DNA of 64,000 nucleotides from Octopus vulgaris (taxonomy: Eukaryota). The translations under genes were made by a program, and so were the position numbers. Below, piece after piece: positions 25,273-39,094 of this stretch. Where the stretch lies: NCBI GenBank assembly GCA_951406725.2, contig OX597834.1:3968001-4032000 (forward strand). The letters are read 5' to 3'. Every line of letters begins with the position of its first letter. Position 1 is the first letter of the stretch. The notes below the pieces were generated by a model that made no database searches, was not told the DNA's origin, and worked only from the letters and a program-made list of their open reading frames with translations.

Positions 25273-25453
25273 CTGCTTTCTTTCTAATTCCAGCCGATCA
25301 GCTTCTTCCTTCTTGCGTTGCTCTTCAGCTTCGATGGCCTTACGAAGCCTTTCTTCCTCAGCCAACCTACCTTCGGCTGCAAGGCGTATGGATTCTTCTT
25401 CCATACGACGCTGCTCCTCCTCCTCTAAACGAATTCTCTCCTCTTCTTGACGC
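25273..25453 (-). CDS. MAP7: MAP7-domain coiled-coil exon RQEEERIRLEEEEQRR...ELERKQ
   Basis: ttttgtcccag|G ... CAG|gtaaat, 181 nt, phase 2-0, joins both neighbours in frame. Confidence 0.93.
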
Positions 25454-25931
25454 CTGGGACAAAATAACAATCGTAAAACCTTTATGCCATACAAATTATA
25501 CTCATACATATTCCTATTGTTCTTTCAATATGCCAAAGAAAAATTTTAGTGACAATTGAATTAAAACTATACTTTAAGCTATAAAACAGGTACATGGAGA
25601 CAACAGTTTCCAACTAAAAGCAAAATAAATGCAGTGAAGATTGATTAAAAGTTTGAGGGTCACAGATCTGAAACCATGGAACAATTTACCAGCTGGAATA
25701 ATTTGTGTGTGCATGCTATCATTAGTGTCATGCTGTATGCTTGGTAAATACCTTTTAACGATCAAATACTTCTTACTGTAAAAAAGGTACCACAGAACTG
25801 AGACAGTAATGAGAAACTTCTTGAATATCATTTCTTGATCTTCCTCATTAAGTTTCTAATAAATCTAAATGACTATAGGATACAACTGACTTAATTACAC
25901 AACTATGGAGAGAAGCAAATTCATAACACAC

Positions 25932-26140
25932 CTGAGTTCCTCTTGTCTTTGCCGCTCTAACTCTGCTTCCCTTTCAGCCTTTTCTCTTGCCTGGCGCCGT
26001 TTCTCAGCAAGTTTAATCTTATACTCCTCTTCAGTAATATCTTGGGTTGAGCGTGTCATTTGGTCTTCAGGAGCTGATGGAGTTGGAGTACCTTCACGAT
26101 TAGGGGACTCACGTGGCCCTTTGTCTTTGGTAGATTTGGG
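25932..26140 (-). CDS. MAP7: MAP7-domain start exon PKSTKDK...EEYKIKLAEKRRQAREKAEREAELERQRQEELR
   Basis: catttcacttcag| ... AG|gtgtgt, 209 nt, phase 0-2; LAEKRRQARE is the conserved start of the MAP7 domain. Confidence 0.93.
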
Positions 26141-26699
26141 CTGAAGTGAAATGGGAAAGTTGATGAAAGGGTCATGAAGGGAATGGTTGATATATAACAT
26201 GTGAACACAGTGAGAAATTGCTGAGTCAATGAATGGATGCAAACCAAGGAAGATTTGGAAAAGACAGACTCAAGGATATTTAGCTTCACAGATCAAATTA
26301 TACAAGAACAGAAAATAGGAAATTGTACTCCGCAATAAACTTAGCTCATACCAGTATGAAAAATGGCAATGATGATAATGAAAAGGGAAGTGAGATAGAT
26401 TTAAGAATAAAGTATCTAATTAAAATTAGGAACCACTCAACTTCAACCTATATATTACAACTAATTAATTAAAGGTACTGGATCACTGACCTACCTATCA
26501 AACCTCTTATGTGACTTGACAGAAGGAAAAAAAAAAACCTTCAAATATTACAAAAATTAAAATAGCTCTAACATTAAAGAGAATGATGTAGATGAGAAGG
26601 AAGATGCAAATCATTACAAAACAAGAAAGCATTTAATAATACCCTACAGTAAAGGTGGGAAAGGAAACCACTTTAGGGTAAGGATAGTCTTTCTGGTCA

Positions 26700-27100
26700 T
26701 CTATCAGTTCTGACTGTAGAACATGGAGTTGAGATCACAGCTGTAATCATGCGTTTATGAACATCATAAGCTTAATTATTTTGCCAGACACCCTGACAAC
26801 CTCGATTACAGTATCTATTCCTTTCTCTCCCAACAGTATATCTACTCCATCCACTTCTGAGCTATTAATCACCAATATGAACTCCTGTTTCTTGCAAGTG
26901 GGGAGTCCAACCAAGGATCTAACCATCTCACCTCACGTACACAAGGTATATTGAGTCATCTCTCTAACATTTTCTCATCTACTCTTCATTAGGCCAACAT
27001 CAATGGTGGTAGCCCTAAAGTCCTGTGCTTCAAAGGAAAAGAGTTGCTAGGCACACACCAAGTGAACTTGACGACATGCCCACCACTAACAAAACAAGTC
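26700..27100 (-). mobile_element. degenerate RTE-like LINE fragment
   Basis: Decayed RT C-terminal peptide hints on the minus strand; no intact frame. Confidence 0.35.
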
Positions 27101-28493
27101 TCAGTCCCACTGATGCATTTGGTGGTTTTCATTGATGTTTGGCACCATTTTCACAGCTGAATGCCCTTCAGTTACCAATCAGCTTACAATATGCATTGAG
27201 TACATTTTAGCATGCGGTCAGTACTAGAGACAGTATTGAAGAGAACTGAATTTTCACTTAAACTTTTCTTTTCCAATGTCACTGTATTTCCAAACAGGTT
27301 GCCTTTGTTGCTTCTTCTGAGTGCTACACTCGTATGGGACTAGGGAAGAGGCCTTTTCCATACTGCTGGGTTTTGCTCGCAGTAAGCAACCTCTCTTAGG
27401 TGACTGTCACTATGGCTGAGACAGCTGAACATAAAAGTTGCCACTTTTATGTAGACATAAAAAAAGAAGAAAGTTTAAAACATCAGTCTGAGGTGACTAC
27501 ATCGGGCTGTCTTCATGGCACAAGTAGAAGGGGATCTTCACTAGAGACCCTATCATGAGACTAACAGCAGATGTACCTTTAGTTTGTCAAAGTCAGAGGG
27601 TTTAGCAGAATTGGTATTTCATCCAAATGTTGCAACACCTATAAGGATCATAATTTCTAAATATATAATTCCAAATACTAGATCGTAGGTAAGTCTCTAA
27701 ACATTTACTTTACAGAAGGAAGAGAGCCAAAGAAGAGAATAAGAAAACAGTGTTAAAATAAGTGATGCTGTATGGTAGAATCCGGGGCAATGCAATACTA
27801 TTTGGTGTTGTGTATTCCAGCTCAGTCATGTATGTATCTATGACATAAGAAATAAGTAAGGTTAGGAACAGGAAGAGCATCCAGTTGTAGTATGGCTCAT
27901 AAAACTCTTATAACCCATGCCAGCTTGGATAAGCAAATGTAAGACAATGATGTAGAGATGCTACATGGTGTTAATGTGGCAGGATATGTTATGCTGGTCG
28001 TATAAGATAATAGGATAATGTGAAATGTTGCTTTATGAGAGTTAGGGTATCATCTGAAGGAGGGATTGACCACTTTACCAGCAAGTAGAGCAACCACATA
28101 TAAATTCCTTCATTTACTAGTATTGTGTAATGTTGTGTAAGGGTGTGTACTGTAGTGCCATAGGATCCTAGTTAGTACAGTGAAGTACTGTTTGGTATGA
28201 TGGGGTGTGGTGTTGTACAATACAATGTGCCCTGGCAAAGCACTATGTTCCATAATGTGATGCAATTTAGAGTAGTATTCACGAGACATGATGGATGTGA
28301 TGCAACCACATCTGTGTTTATGCAGCACCATTTAGCCATGTAAATTGTGTCTTGGCTAAGAATAAACCCAGTGGGAAATCTAACTCTTTGATTCCCTGTA
28401 ACTCTGATACATGTGACCAACAGTTCAGTTTAGATGAAAGTGGCATTAAAAAAAAAAAAGAAAAAAACACAAAGCAATTAATGTGAACTGTAC

Positions 28494-28553
28494 CTTTCTT
28501 GGAGTAGGAGTTGTAGTTCCTGAATTAGGGGCTGAGGATTTCTTCTCAGTTGA
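28494..28553 (-). CDS. MAP7: MAP7-family exon STEKKSSAPNSGTTTPTPRK
   Basis: ttttcag| ... AAG|gtacag, 60 nt, phase 0-0; Ser/Thr/Pro/Lys composition like its neighbours. Confidence 0.85.
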
Positions 28554-28611
28554 CTGAAAAATCAATCAGAAAAATGAATTAAAATACAGAATACATATAT
28601 TTTCCACTTTG

Positions 28612-29720
28612 CAGGGCTGGCAAAATAAATACCAATAAATCACAAGAATATTTCTTTATAAACAATTTGGCTGTAACTGGAAAAATTCCACGGCTGAAGC
28701 CAAAGATCTTGCCAACAAATTAATGGAAGTGTAGAACATCCAAACAACAGCAGCAGACACAAAATGCAGAACCACAACCAGGAGAAAGAGTTCAATATTG
28801 GGCCAAAGTTGCCAGACTTAAAACTAGAGGTTCTCAGCCACCAACCAAGACCCTTCTCAACCTGCCATGAACACAGATCAGAGATCACTCTCTGAAGATC
28901 TTTGCAAAATATTACACAAATTTTAGGCAACAAAAGTGAATGAAACCTTATAAATTTTCAGGAAATGACACAAATGATATTTCACTGATATTTCTTGTGT
29001 CAGCATCTTGTCATGGCGTAATTACTGGAACACTCATGGATTTAACATCTCCAAAAGTTAAAAAAAATTATATATATATATATATATAAAAAAAAAAGAT
29101 GAAATATTTCCTTATCAAAAATGATAATGATTCTACTGCGCATCGTTCCCTGACCGAAAGTGTCTACCAATTCAAACATACAGTTTGACATTCCATGTTT
29201 GGTAGATATTCAATATGTAGGCACATTCACTGTCACACTTTTATCTTATGGTTGATTATAAACAGTTGTTACGAAATAAGAGATTTCTTCAGCCATAGCA
29301 GTCATTCTATTCAATGGTTTCAACTTATCTGTTGTACAACTGGATTAGGAAACATTCAAGAAAACCAGCTGGGTCTGCCTGAAACAATGTCAGAATATTG
29401 TGACAGGCACCAAGTAGAAACCTTCATCTTGCCAACTTCATTGTGTAGAAAATTCTCAACCCTCTCGCAGGATATGCTAATAGCATCGACTCTTTGATTT
29501 ATAGCCATTGCCTGTCATCCAACACCATGTGGTAAACATGGTCAAAGTCTTCCTCAGTGGTGCCAGTTGCAAGACATCCAGATGGTGGGTCATCTTCAAC
29601 ACTCTCTTCTTCTCCTAAATTCAGCTGCCCACTTTTGCTCTGTTAATAAAACTGGAGTCCACCTATGAACTTTTCATCCCACTCTCGCATCAAGGTTCTT
29701 GATGCCAGGTTTATCCCAGC
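28612..29720. mobile_element. degenerate Tc1/mariner-like remnants
   Basis: CAGGGCTGG terminus-like start, PKLPDL-like motif and decayed mariner-like segments. Confidence 0.4.
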
Positions 29721-29816
29721 TCTAAACATCAACGATACCTCCACTGCTACTATAATTATTATCGTCAGTCTCCATCATCATCATCACTACTGTCCCATCA
29801 CCGAATTTATTCACCT

Positions 29817-29963
29817 GATTGGCGTTAGGAAGGGCATCCAGCCATAGAAACACTGCCAGATTTGACTGGGCTTGATGAAGCCTTCTGGCTTCACAGACCC
29901 CAGTAGAACCGTCCAACCCATGCTAGCATGGAAAACGGATGCTAAATGATGATGATGATGATG
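29817..29963 (+). mobile_element. repeat family C, 3' part
   Basis: Core plus (TGA)n tail. Confidence 0.8.
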
Positions 29964-30614
29964 AGAGGAAGTAGAAAAGCAGTGAACGAAAAGGAAAAAT
30001 AACCAAATAACTGAAACCAGCTGCTTTTCGTAATTTTCCCTTTTCTAATTTTAAATTTGAAAACGACACACTTTTTTGTTGTTCCTAATAGATTGCATTA
30101 ATTAATCTCAGCACAAATGAATAGAGATAAATACAGAGAAACACCAGCCAAAAGGATTAGTCTGGCTATTTTATGCTAATCTTATAAGCTACTTTAGTGT
30201 TAATGTTACATCAGCCAAATGACAAGAAATTCAGAAAAAGATACCCATTTAAAACAATCCACACACCCAAGCCATCACAACATTCTATATTAAAAGATAA
30301 AAATCCGTTGTTACATAAGAGTTCTTTATTTCTGATTCAAGAACGCAAAGTAGATCTGCTTAAGACAGTAGTGTGGTTTAGTTCCAAGGTCCCTCTGATC
30401 GAGCAGAGAGCTATGATCAAAGACATTCCTGTTATGACTACCCTATCTTTTTCCCCATGTGCAGGGAACTGAAAACCTCGTTATCCAATGTGTCCTTTCT
30501 AAGACATCATCTAACGATGACATAATGGCATAATATAAGATAATTTTCTCCAGACCTCAACTCCACTAGCTTCAATGACTTACTTGATAGTTTGAAAGAT
30601 GAATTAGTCATTAA

Positions 30615-30890
30615 GGATTTCACGCCGAGAGTTGCTGAAGCATGGAACAAACTGCTGGCATCAGTTGTTAGTTGTCGGAGCACTGCATCCTTCAAGACTT
30701 CCATGCTTCCTGAGATTCGCCAACACTACACCTGATTTTCTCCCCTCCATACACACGCAAGCATGTATCTGACACATACACTGTTCACTTCCCAGACATT
30801 TGTACATTACTGCAGATGCTTTATACGCACTTTTGACAAGTTGTGGTGCACCTGAGCACTGCATACAATAATTTCATTATTATTATTACT
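30615..30890 (+). mobile_element. CR1-like LINE 3' end
   Basis: Reverse-orientation homologue of 19988-20345, with a (TTA)n tail. Confidence 0.8.
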
Positions 30891-31175
30891 TTATTTTTTA
30901 ATGTGATTATTGCAAATAATTTGCAAATATTTGCAATCACTGCATAGTAACATGGCACAGATGATACAAAGATACTATTGCACGGACTGTTTTACTTTGG
31001 TATAGCAACCTGCAGAATGACAAAGTGGCCAATTCAAAGATGATGTGAAAGGAGAAATATTAGTGTTAGAAAATAACAATGATGCCACAATGTGAGGCCA
31101 GTTTTATGACAAACAAAGCAAGTGGTGTCCTCAACAAGGGTATTGAATTTTTATGCAGGTTATGAAAGCACTTAA

Positions 31176-31397
31176 CCCTTTAGCATTTAAACCGGCCATA
31201 TCCGGCCAAAAGTATTCTGCCTGTTTTATGTTCAAACTGGCTAGATCTGGTCTCTCACACCAACCCTACAATATCGTTTTAAAAATTAACAGCTACCTCA
31301 TCAAAATCTCATAGCTACAAGGATAATGCATGATTAGTTCAAAACAATGTGGATGAAAAAAAATTAATTTTGGCAGAATAATGCGACCACTAAAGGG
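31176..31397 (+). mobile_element. piggyBac-type MITE
   Basis: TTAA|CCCTTTAG ... CTAAAGGG|TTAA: TIRs with a TTAA TSD. Confidence 0.85.
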
Positions 31398-31636
31398 TTA
31401 AAATTGCTTTTGGCTGTGTTAAGAACATCCCATTTGGTAGAAGAGGGTTTCAGCCACACCAGTCTCTTGCTATGTCAAAGTAGAAACAGGTTGAATATAC
31501 CATGGTAAGGTGACTGATTTGAAACCCAATATCTCTGTATTGCTGTTGTTACACCAACCACAGATATTTAAAGAATCTTGTAACATGACAACTTCTCATA
31601 TTTATTGTATTATTTTGGTATAGGAATGTTAATTAT

Positions 31637-31863
31637 GAGCTGGCAGAATGGTTAGCATGCCGGGCGAAATGCTTAGCCATATTTCATTTGCCATTACGTT
31701 CTGAGTTCAAATTCTGCCGAGGTTGACTTTGCCTTTCATCCTTTCGGGGCCAATAAATTAAGTACCAGTTACGCACTGGGGTCGATGTAATCGACTTAGT
31801 CCGTTTGCCTGTCCTTGTTTGTCCCCTCTGTGTTTAGCCCCTTGTGGGTAGTAAAGAAATAAG
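31637..31863 (+). mobile_element. SINE family A
   Basis: Near identical to 2462-2690. Confidence 0.85.
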
Positions 31864-32830
31864 TTTGAATGTATTTTTCTATTTCTATATCTTGTCACTC
31901 TGTTAGTCAGAAGATGAAAGGCAACAAATTATATGATACATTTATATTTAATGGCCAATTTATGAGGTAGAAAGTGTTTTTCGATCAATTTGTTAGAAAA
32001 TGAAAGATAACATAAAATAGCCAATTTGTTTTTGTCTTTTTTGATTCATAAAATAAAAGATAACAAAAATTATAAGATACATTATGTATATGCGATAATA
32101 ATGTGTTATAGAGAAAATTAATTAGATCAGAGAGTGAGTACTGGTCCATTTATCATCAAAGAAACTCTTACACATATACAGTGAACAAATTATCTGAAGT
32201 GCCTCTCATTGATCTGCATTTAGTGAAACAGAAAAAAGAAATGGAACTAGATACAACAAAAGTACAATAAAAAAAGTGAATCAAAACAACAAACTAACCA
32301 CCAAGTATGAAACTAATGTGCAGAATGTGATATTCAATAAACATACCAAAACAAAACAAAATACCTAAATTGTTTTATAAGAAATAACAATTTTTTGGCA
32401 GACTTTTGGATATTTTCTAAGCAGATGGGTGATGGAAATAGTTTCTGTGAGAGTGAGTTGTGATGCCAAAAGTGTTTGAGAACCCCTGGTTTAGATGGTC
32501 ACTAATGAGGATGCACTAACAAACCACACAGAAATGCAAAACATTGGTTCAGCAATTGAATTCCTGATTACTTTACACACCATCATATAAATCCCCCCGG
32601 TTCATAAGATGCATCCTGTCCTCCCCACCCTTTATATAGAGCATTCTTCATTCAGTATTTGACTCGCTATAACTCATGGGTTGTGTTTATCGATACTGCT
32701 TTGCTGAAATTCTCCTCAAAATATTTAGAACTAGATATATTTTTCCTTGTAATATAACTAATAAATTACAAGTAAATATATCATTGTGTAGCTCTTAAAT
32801 TAAATAAAACCCATATTAAATTAAATTAAA

Positions 32831-33003
32831 TCATCATCATCATTTAACGTCCGCTTTCCATGCTAGCATGAGTTGGACAAAGAGGTCTTGTTTCATGAAG
32901 ACGTACCAGATCATACTGGAGCAACCTCCTGGCTTCCCAGACCCCGGTCGAACTGTCCAACCCATGCTAGCATGGAAAGCGGACATTAAACGATGATGAT
33001 GAT
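32831..33003. repeat. inverted pair of family C tails
   Basis: TCATCATC..TTTAACGTCCGCTTTCCATGCTAGCATG..TTGGACA and its reverse complement about 75 nt away. Confidence 0.85.
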
Positions 33004-33140
33004 TTCAAAGATGACTCAAGCAGATATAAAGCAGCCACTCAACTTTAAACAACAATAGCAACTAGTGTAGCTACCCCAGTAGCCATAATAAATCAGAATG
33101 CTTTGAAAACAATGTAGAAAGCAGAATGTTGTGTACTTAC

Positions 33141-33289
33141 TTTGGGGGGTGTGTCTGTAGGTTTCTTGGGTGTAGACAATCGATCGAAAATGGCCTTCCT
33201 ACTATTTTTCGACTGAGTAGATGCGGTTGAGCTAACAGACTTGTCAGACTTTGCAGAGTCAATTGTAGAAGATCGATTCCGAAGTTTAT
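33141..33289 (-). CDS. MAP7: MAP7-family exon DKLRNRSSTIDS...FDRLSTPKKPTDTPPK
   Basis: ccatatttag|AT ... AAA|gtaagt, 149 nt, phase 1-0; DRLSTPK is a MAP7-type linker motif. Confidence 0.9.
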
Positions 33290-33859
33290 CTAAATATGGT
33301 AAAAGAAAAATAATAATAGTCAAGACAGATTTATATTTTGTTTCATTCCAAATCAAAGAGAACATGCAAACTGTGTTACCTAAACTAATCCTGAAACCCC
33401 AAAACCAACCATAAAAGACGCATGCATACACACACACACACAATACATATATACTTTTTTTTATTATTTTCCAAGTCAACCAACAAAAGTTAGACTGGAG
33501 CACTGTGATATGCCATTGCTTGGAAGTTCATTAATTGGCTTAAACAATCACAACTGAAGCCATGCTGGAGCAGTGTTTGCATTTTATTCTTATTTTCTTA
33601 GTAAAAGTTTGTATCAATATTGTAAGTTAAAAACATGCTGAATGACAACCTTCACTGCTGTTTGTACTGCTGTGCATATTTGGGTTCAATTTCATCCTTC
33701 CTCAAAGAGACTAGGCTAAGGGGGAAATGTTACCTCCAAACAACATTTGAAGTGAAAACAGAGAAATGAATCAGATAAGTTAAGCCTTTACATTTATAAT
33801 AAAACTCAACCGATTTAATGAGAGAGGCAAGAAGAAATTTCAATTGAATAGCAAACTTT

Positions 33860-34215
33860 TCTAATCTGATTAGCTTTATCACCATTGAGAAAAAAGTAGT
33901 ATGTAGATTATCATCACCATTACTGTTGACAACACAACTGTTACCAAATTTTCTATTGGGCATTCTGCACTGTGTTGGCTGTGATGTTGTTTCCAAACAA
34001 GTCTCCCTCAAAATACCACCTAAAAAGTGGGGACAGTCTATATTAGGCACAGAATTATTGATTTTCTTAATAGCATTTCAAGACATTCAATAATCCGCAG
34101 CTCAGAGTACTACCAACGTCCTCTGTCGACTGACTGATGCCCAAACGTTTGCGCCAAGAGCACCTGCATTTTCAATGGGATTAAGATATTAGCTTCAAGC
34201 TAGGTGCCCTTTCTC
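33860..34215 (-). mobile_element. degenerate Tc1/mariner transposase 3' fragment
   Basis: PNIDCPHFLGGILRE resembles PDLNPxDFFLWGxLKE. Confidence 0.35.
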
Positions 34216-34450
34216 AGAGTTGTAATGACTCATCACTGTCGTAATCATCATCTCCATCCTTTAATTTAATGTCTGTTTCGTAAAGCTGTCATTGCATGCT
34301 TGTCATACAACAACCACCTACATGTTTTGATGCTGCCCTACCCCCCTCTCTCGAGCTGACTACATTTTCATAAGCCACAAGAAGTAAAATAACAGTCAGT
34401 ACATACTGCAACCATTATTATAATCTCTGCTAATGGTAGCAAAAATAGGC

Positions 34451-34690
34451 ATCATCATCATCATCATCACTATCATGATTTTTCATGTTTGCTTTCCGTG
34501 CTGAAATGTATTGGGCAGGTCACAGACCAGAGTCGTTTCTTATTAGAAGCCACTGCTCTCATAGAACTGGTGTTTCTACATGGCATTTTGGCTTGGCTTC
34601 TAAGGTTGGATGCTCTGGCTTATGCCAACCACTTTACACTGTACTTTCTTGTGGCACCAGCATCAAAGAGGTTGTCAAGTCCTTGTTGAG
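34451..34690 (-). mobile_element. repeat family C, diverged antisense copy
   Basis: (ATC)n start; GGATGCTCT..TATGCCAACCAC core. Confidence 0.6.
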
Positions 34691-35101
34691 ACAAGACTAA
34701 AGGTACCTCTCAACCCTACATCTTCTCTACTCATTTGCCATCCATTTTATAATGTGTACTGGTTAAGGCGAAACCAAAGTGACCCCTCAACCCTACTTTT
34801 TCTCTGTTCCGTCATCATTCACAATGACATCAGCATAGAAGGCAAGATGCCTTGCACACTGTAAATGTAGAGAGTAAGGAGTGGGAAAATGGGAGAGACA
34901 GAGAGATGAGAGTGACTGGACGGAGGGAGCAAGAGTATAGTGATAAGGAGAGGGTTGTTGAGGGGAAGACAAGAAAGTGATGGACAAAAAGTAGCCCAAA
35001 GGAGAGAGAGAGAGAGTGATGGTTGATAGTAGAGAAAGGGTGAAGCGAAAATGTAATGGATAGAGACGGGCTGATGCAGATGGCCTCGAGAAGGGTGATG
35101 A

Positions 35102-35330
35102 GGATGGTGGTAGAATCGTTAGCACGTCGGGCGAAATGCTTAGCGGTATTTCGGCTGCCGTTACGTTGTGAGTTCAAATTCCACCGAGATCGACTTTGCC
35201 TTTCATCATTTCGGGGTCGATAAATTAAGTACCAGTTACGTACTGGGGTCGATATAATCGACTTAATACCTATGTCTGTCCATGTTTGTCCCCTCTATGT
35301 TTAGCCCCTTGTGGGTAATAAAGAAATAGG
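35102..35330 (+). mobile_element. SINE family A followed by (GTA)n
   Basis: Near identical to 2462-2690. Confidence 0.85.
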
Positions 35331-35463
35331 TAGTAGTAGTAGTAGTAGTAGTAGTAGGAAGAAGAAAGATGGAAGGATATGAGTGATAAAGATGAGTGGA
35401 GGAGGGAGGAGGTCAAGGATGTGAAGGGTAGCAGTAAACGTAACCTTGGTAGGATACGAATAT

Positions 35464-35494
<31 letters not shown>

Positions 35495-35544
35495 TACATA
35501 TGCATGTATACTCACGCACATACATGAAAACACATCACTAACCT

Positions 35545-35990
35545 CATTTCAATATAAGTTTGTTTGGCTTTTTGTGTGGCTGCATCTTCTGCAGTACTGT
35601 GTATTGCCAATCAATACCATCCTTTGGCATCTCTGTGAATTGCAGCAGCTTCAAGTCAACCTTCACCACTTTGCTTAGACTCCCCTTTTCACAGATCCCA
35701 TTCACTTGGAATACACAGCACTTACTAATACAGCCACCACCCCATCATATTCATCACATGCCTACACCAAAGCAGCCTTCTCTTTGGCACTTTATATACA
35801 ATTCCCCTTATATTGGATTTCCTCTCAGCTTATTTATATTCTAGCATCTTACAGGCCCATTAGAGTAGGTTTGTTTCATTTCCTTCTAGCTTCTGCAAGT
35901 CTTCTAAACCCAAGGCCTACATCTCCCAGCCATGCAGTATTGCAGTTTGAACACAGGCATCGTACAATATGCCCCTCGCTCTGAAGAAGA
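35545..35990 (-). mobile_element. degenerate RTE-like LINE fragment
   Basis: Decayed YALVCSTA.LHG.E.W-type and RW.GHV-type RTE motifs on the minus strand. Confidence 0.4.
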
Positions 35991-37874
35991 AGAAGACCGT
36001 TTAACAAAGATGGGTTGGTATCCAGCAGTATTTGATGCTTAAGACACAACATAACTGCAATTATTTAATGTTTGTATGCAATTTTTGAGTCTGCCTGGTT
36101 AAGATAGACGGGAATGATTTAGGTTGTTGGGTTTAGTGTTCAGAAATACAGTTGCTGTATTTAGAAGTTTGTCAGCAATGGAACATTTGGTCGAAGATCC
36201 GATCTATGTGCGATGGAAGAAGTTTTAACCATGAACCATGCTTAAGATGTTTGTATATCTGTGTAAGTAGCCCACAGCTGTGGCTATTTCATACATTATT
36301 TAACTGACTTGTAGATGAACCTGGTCAACTTAACAAAATCCAAAAGACATACACAGTCTATATTCTTTCTCTGTTGTGTTTAGCATTAAAACCTGTTTAT
36401 AGGATATATCTCATCATTAATTCAGCAACTTTCCAAACACTGAAATGACTAAGACAGAGATGAAAAGCAACCAGGTTCCTTCTATCTCTTTTCTCAATCA
36501 TTTCTTTCAAAATTGCTACCTATGAGCAAATCCCCATTGATTTATGTCCAATATCTGCTCATAGCCATCTTTGCCCTTAGTTTTCCACTATCTTCCCTTA
36601 AATCCTCTTGGTCAACTTCTCAGAATATATTGTACATTCAAAGTATTGATGTTATTTCCCTCGCAAAAACAAAATGCTCTAATCTGTTTTTACATTTCTA
36701 TTTTTTATGTATAAACCAATGCCCTAGTGTTATCCATCTTATATAAACAAACCAGTGCTCTGGTGTTGTCTCTCCTACATCTAGAAACCAATGTTTTTGA
36801 CACACAGCAGTAAATAAATTTATCCAGCCAAACCGATTTGCTGAGAATCCCAAAATAAAACCCCACACATAGAAACAAACATTGAAAAAAATTACACATC
36901 AATTTTTATGGTAAGTAAAATATCATATTATATCATGTCATAACAAATATCAATGCATATAAAATGTGAATTACTGTGTTGGTAACCACAACAGGCTGCA
37001 AAAGACAACAACAACAAACATGGTAGACATGAAATCAACTCATGCTAGAAAAATGTAAAACATGGAACATGTGAATGCTGAATATGGATTCCAACTTGAT
37101 TAGTTTTGAAAACATTACAAATACAAACATTTCATCAGATCTTGACACACAAACACAATGTAAATATTTTCACCAATGTTTTTATGTAATAATTACCAAA
37201 GCAAAAACTGAAATAAATAAAACAGAATAGATGGGAATTTGATATCATCTATTCTTTGTTTATGAATAACAAGTAACATGGTATGGTAAATTGACACCAA
37301 AAAATGTTAATAATATGCATCAAGGGTTTCGTTTTAAGAGAATTTTCAATGGATGGTCAATTCAATACAAGTTTAAGATTAAAAAAAAGTATTGTTGAGA
37401 TTCCAGTGTTCACATGCTTTGATGGTAACTGAAAAATACAACAAGTGCATTTGTGCTTGCTTCCACAATGACAAACTGTCCCATCAACAAGCATAACATA
37501 GCATTGAGCAAGAGAGGCTTTCTGACTGAGGTCTACAAAACTCTACAGGTAACAGAACAAGGCAAACATCGAGCGTATGGATAGAAGAGAGTAACAGAAG
37601 TAGAGGAAAGAGTCTAAAGATCATGCCACTGCCTTCAAGTGATGGAAGTATCAGCTATAGCAAGAGAGAGAGCATAATTGGACAGTTATTCAGACAAACA
37701 GCATGCTTCTGTATATGTGCCAGTGCATCACGTAAGTGGTGAAAGGGAGAACAAAAACCCAGCAGCCGTTAAGAACTTTGCTGCAAAGTAACCAGGTCAT
37801 ACATAGACATCTCCCTTTCTTTGTCTATGTATGTATGGTATATATAATGAATATATAATGATAATGATAATGAT

Positions 37875-37919
<45 letters not shown>

Positions 37920-37954
37920 GTGTGCATGTGTGTGGTTTGTGGTTCAGTCTCACA

Positions 37955-38371
37955 GTATAGCACTACTATATGGCTCAGAAACCTGGACGTTATCAAAGAA
38001 GCTTGAGAGGTGGTTGGATGGAACCTACACTCGCCTCCTTATGAGAGCTCAAAATCTCTCGTGGAAGTGTCATCCAACCAAAATGCAAATATATGGGAAA
38101 CTACCACCTGTGTCATCTCTTGTGAAAGGTAGGAGAGTCCGGTTTGCTGGACATTGTTGTAGAGCGGAAAACGAGGCAATTTCTACTCTTCTCCTCTGGA
38201 AGCCATCTACTCACAATACCAGAGGGCACACACTCTCCTACCCTGATGTAATCTCCAGGGATACAGGCATCCAGCAACAGGACCTCCGTAATGCCATGAT
38301 GGACCGTGAAGTCTGGCGTAGCATGGTAAATTCCATTGTCTCCACCACGGTCAAACAATGATGATGATGAT
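37955..38371 (+). mobile_element. RTE-like LINE 3' end with open frame
   Basis: LLYGSETWTLSKKLERWLDG...RVRFAGHC...MDREVWRSMV followed by (TGA)n. Confidence 0.9.
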
Positions 38372-38932
38372 GGCACTTTGGGCAAGTGCTTTCAACTATA
38401 GCCCCAGGTCAACCAATACCAGGTCAACCAATACCTCATGAGTGAATCTGGCTGATAGGAACTGAACACAGACTATCATACACACACACATATATACAAT
38501 GCATACATACACATACCTATAACTATATGCACACAATATATACAGACACACATACATACATACATACATATACACATACCTATAATTATATACATGCACA
38601 CATATACACTGTTATATGCACATGTGATTGTGCAACTGTTAACATTTGTAGTTCTTCAAAAATTGCTGAGCAATGGGGTAGCGATGCCCTGTCACTTCCC
38701 TGTCAACAAATTATCTACTGGCTGCCCTTTTGAAGACATATGCAATACAGCATCCCTTCACTTGTAAAACAAGAAGGGTTAATGACAAGAAGGGCATCTA
38801 GCTGTAAAAACAAGGCTCCATTGTCCAACCCATGCTGGCATGGAAAAACAGGTATGAAAATAAATATATCATATATTTCAGCATACCTTGCCTGTTTAAT
38901 TCAGACTCACTTTTTCTCTCTCCTCGTCTGTC

Positions 38933-38968
38933 CCTTCCGTAGAAGAACATAAGCTCGAAATGTTAAGG
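38933..38968 (+). ncRNA. decayed minimal hammerhead-like motif in a short repeat (about 38905-39050)
   Basis: CCTT-CCGTAGA-A-GAAC-ATAA-GCTC-GAAATGTT-AAGG: stem I CCTT/AAGG retained, core mutated. Confidence 0.4.
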
Positions 38969-39094
38969 AATTCTTCCATTTTTCCTGAGCACAAAACTAA
39001 TACACCCTGTCTGTTGTTCTTTCATTCATCTTTGTGTTGTTTTTTATTTTATTTTTGAACCACACACATATTTTATGTATATATATATATATAT

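Noticed and set aside
27250-27400. Extra MAP7 exon (about 40 open codons on the minus strand)
   Set aside because: No convincing acceptor/donor pair, it ends in a stop, and the flanking exons already join in frame
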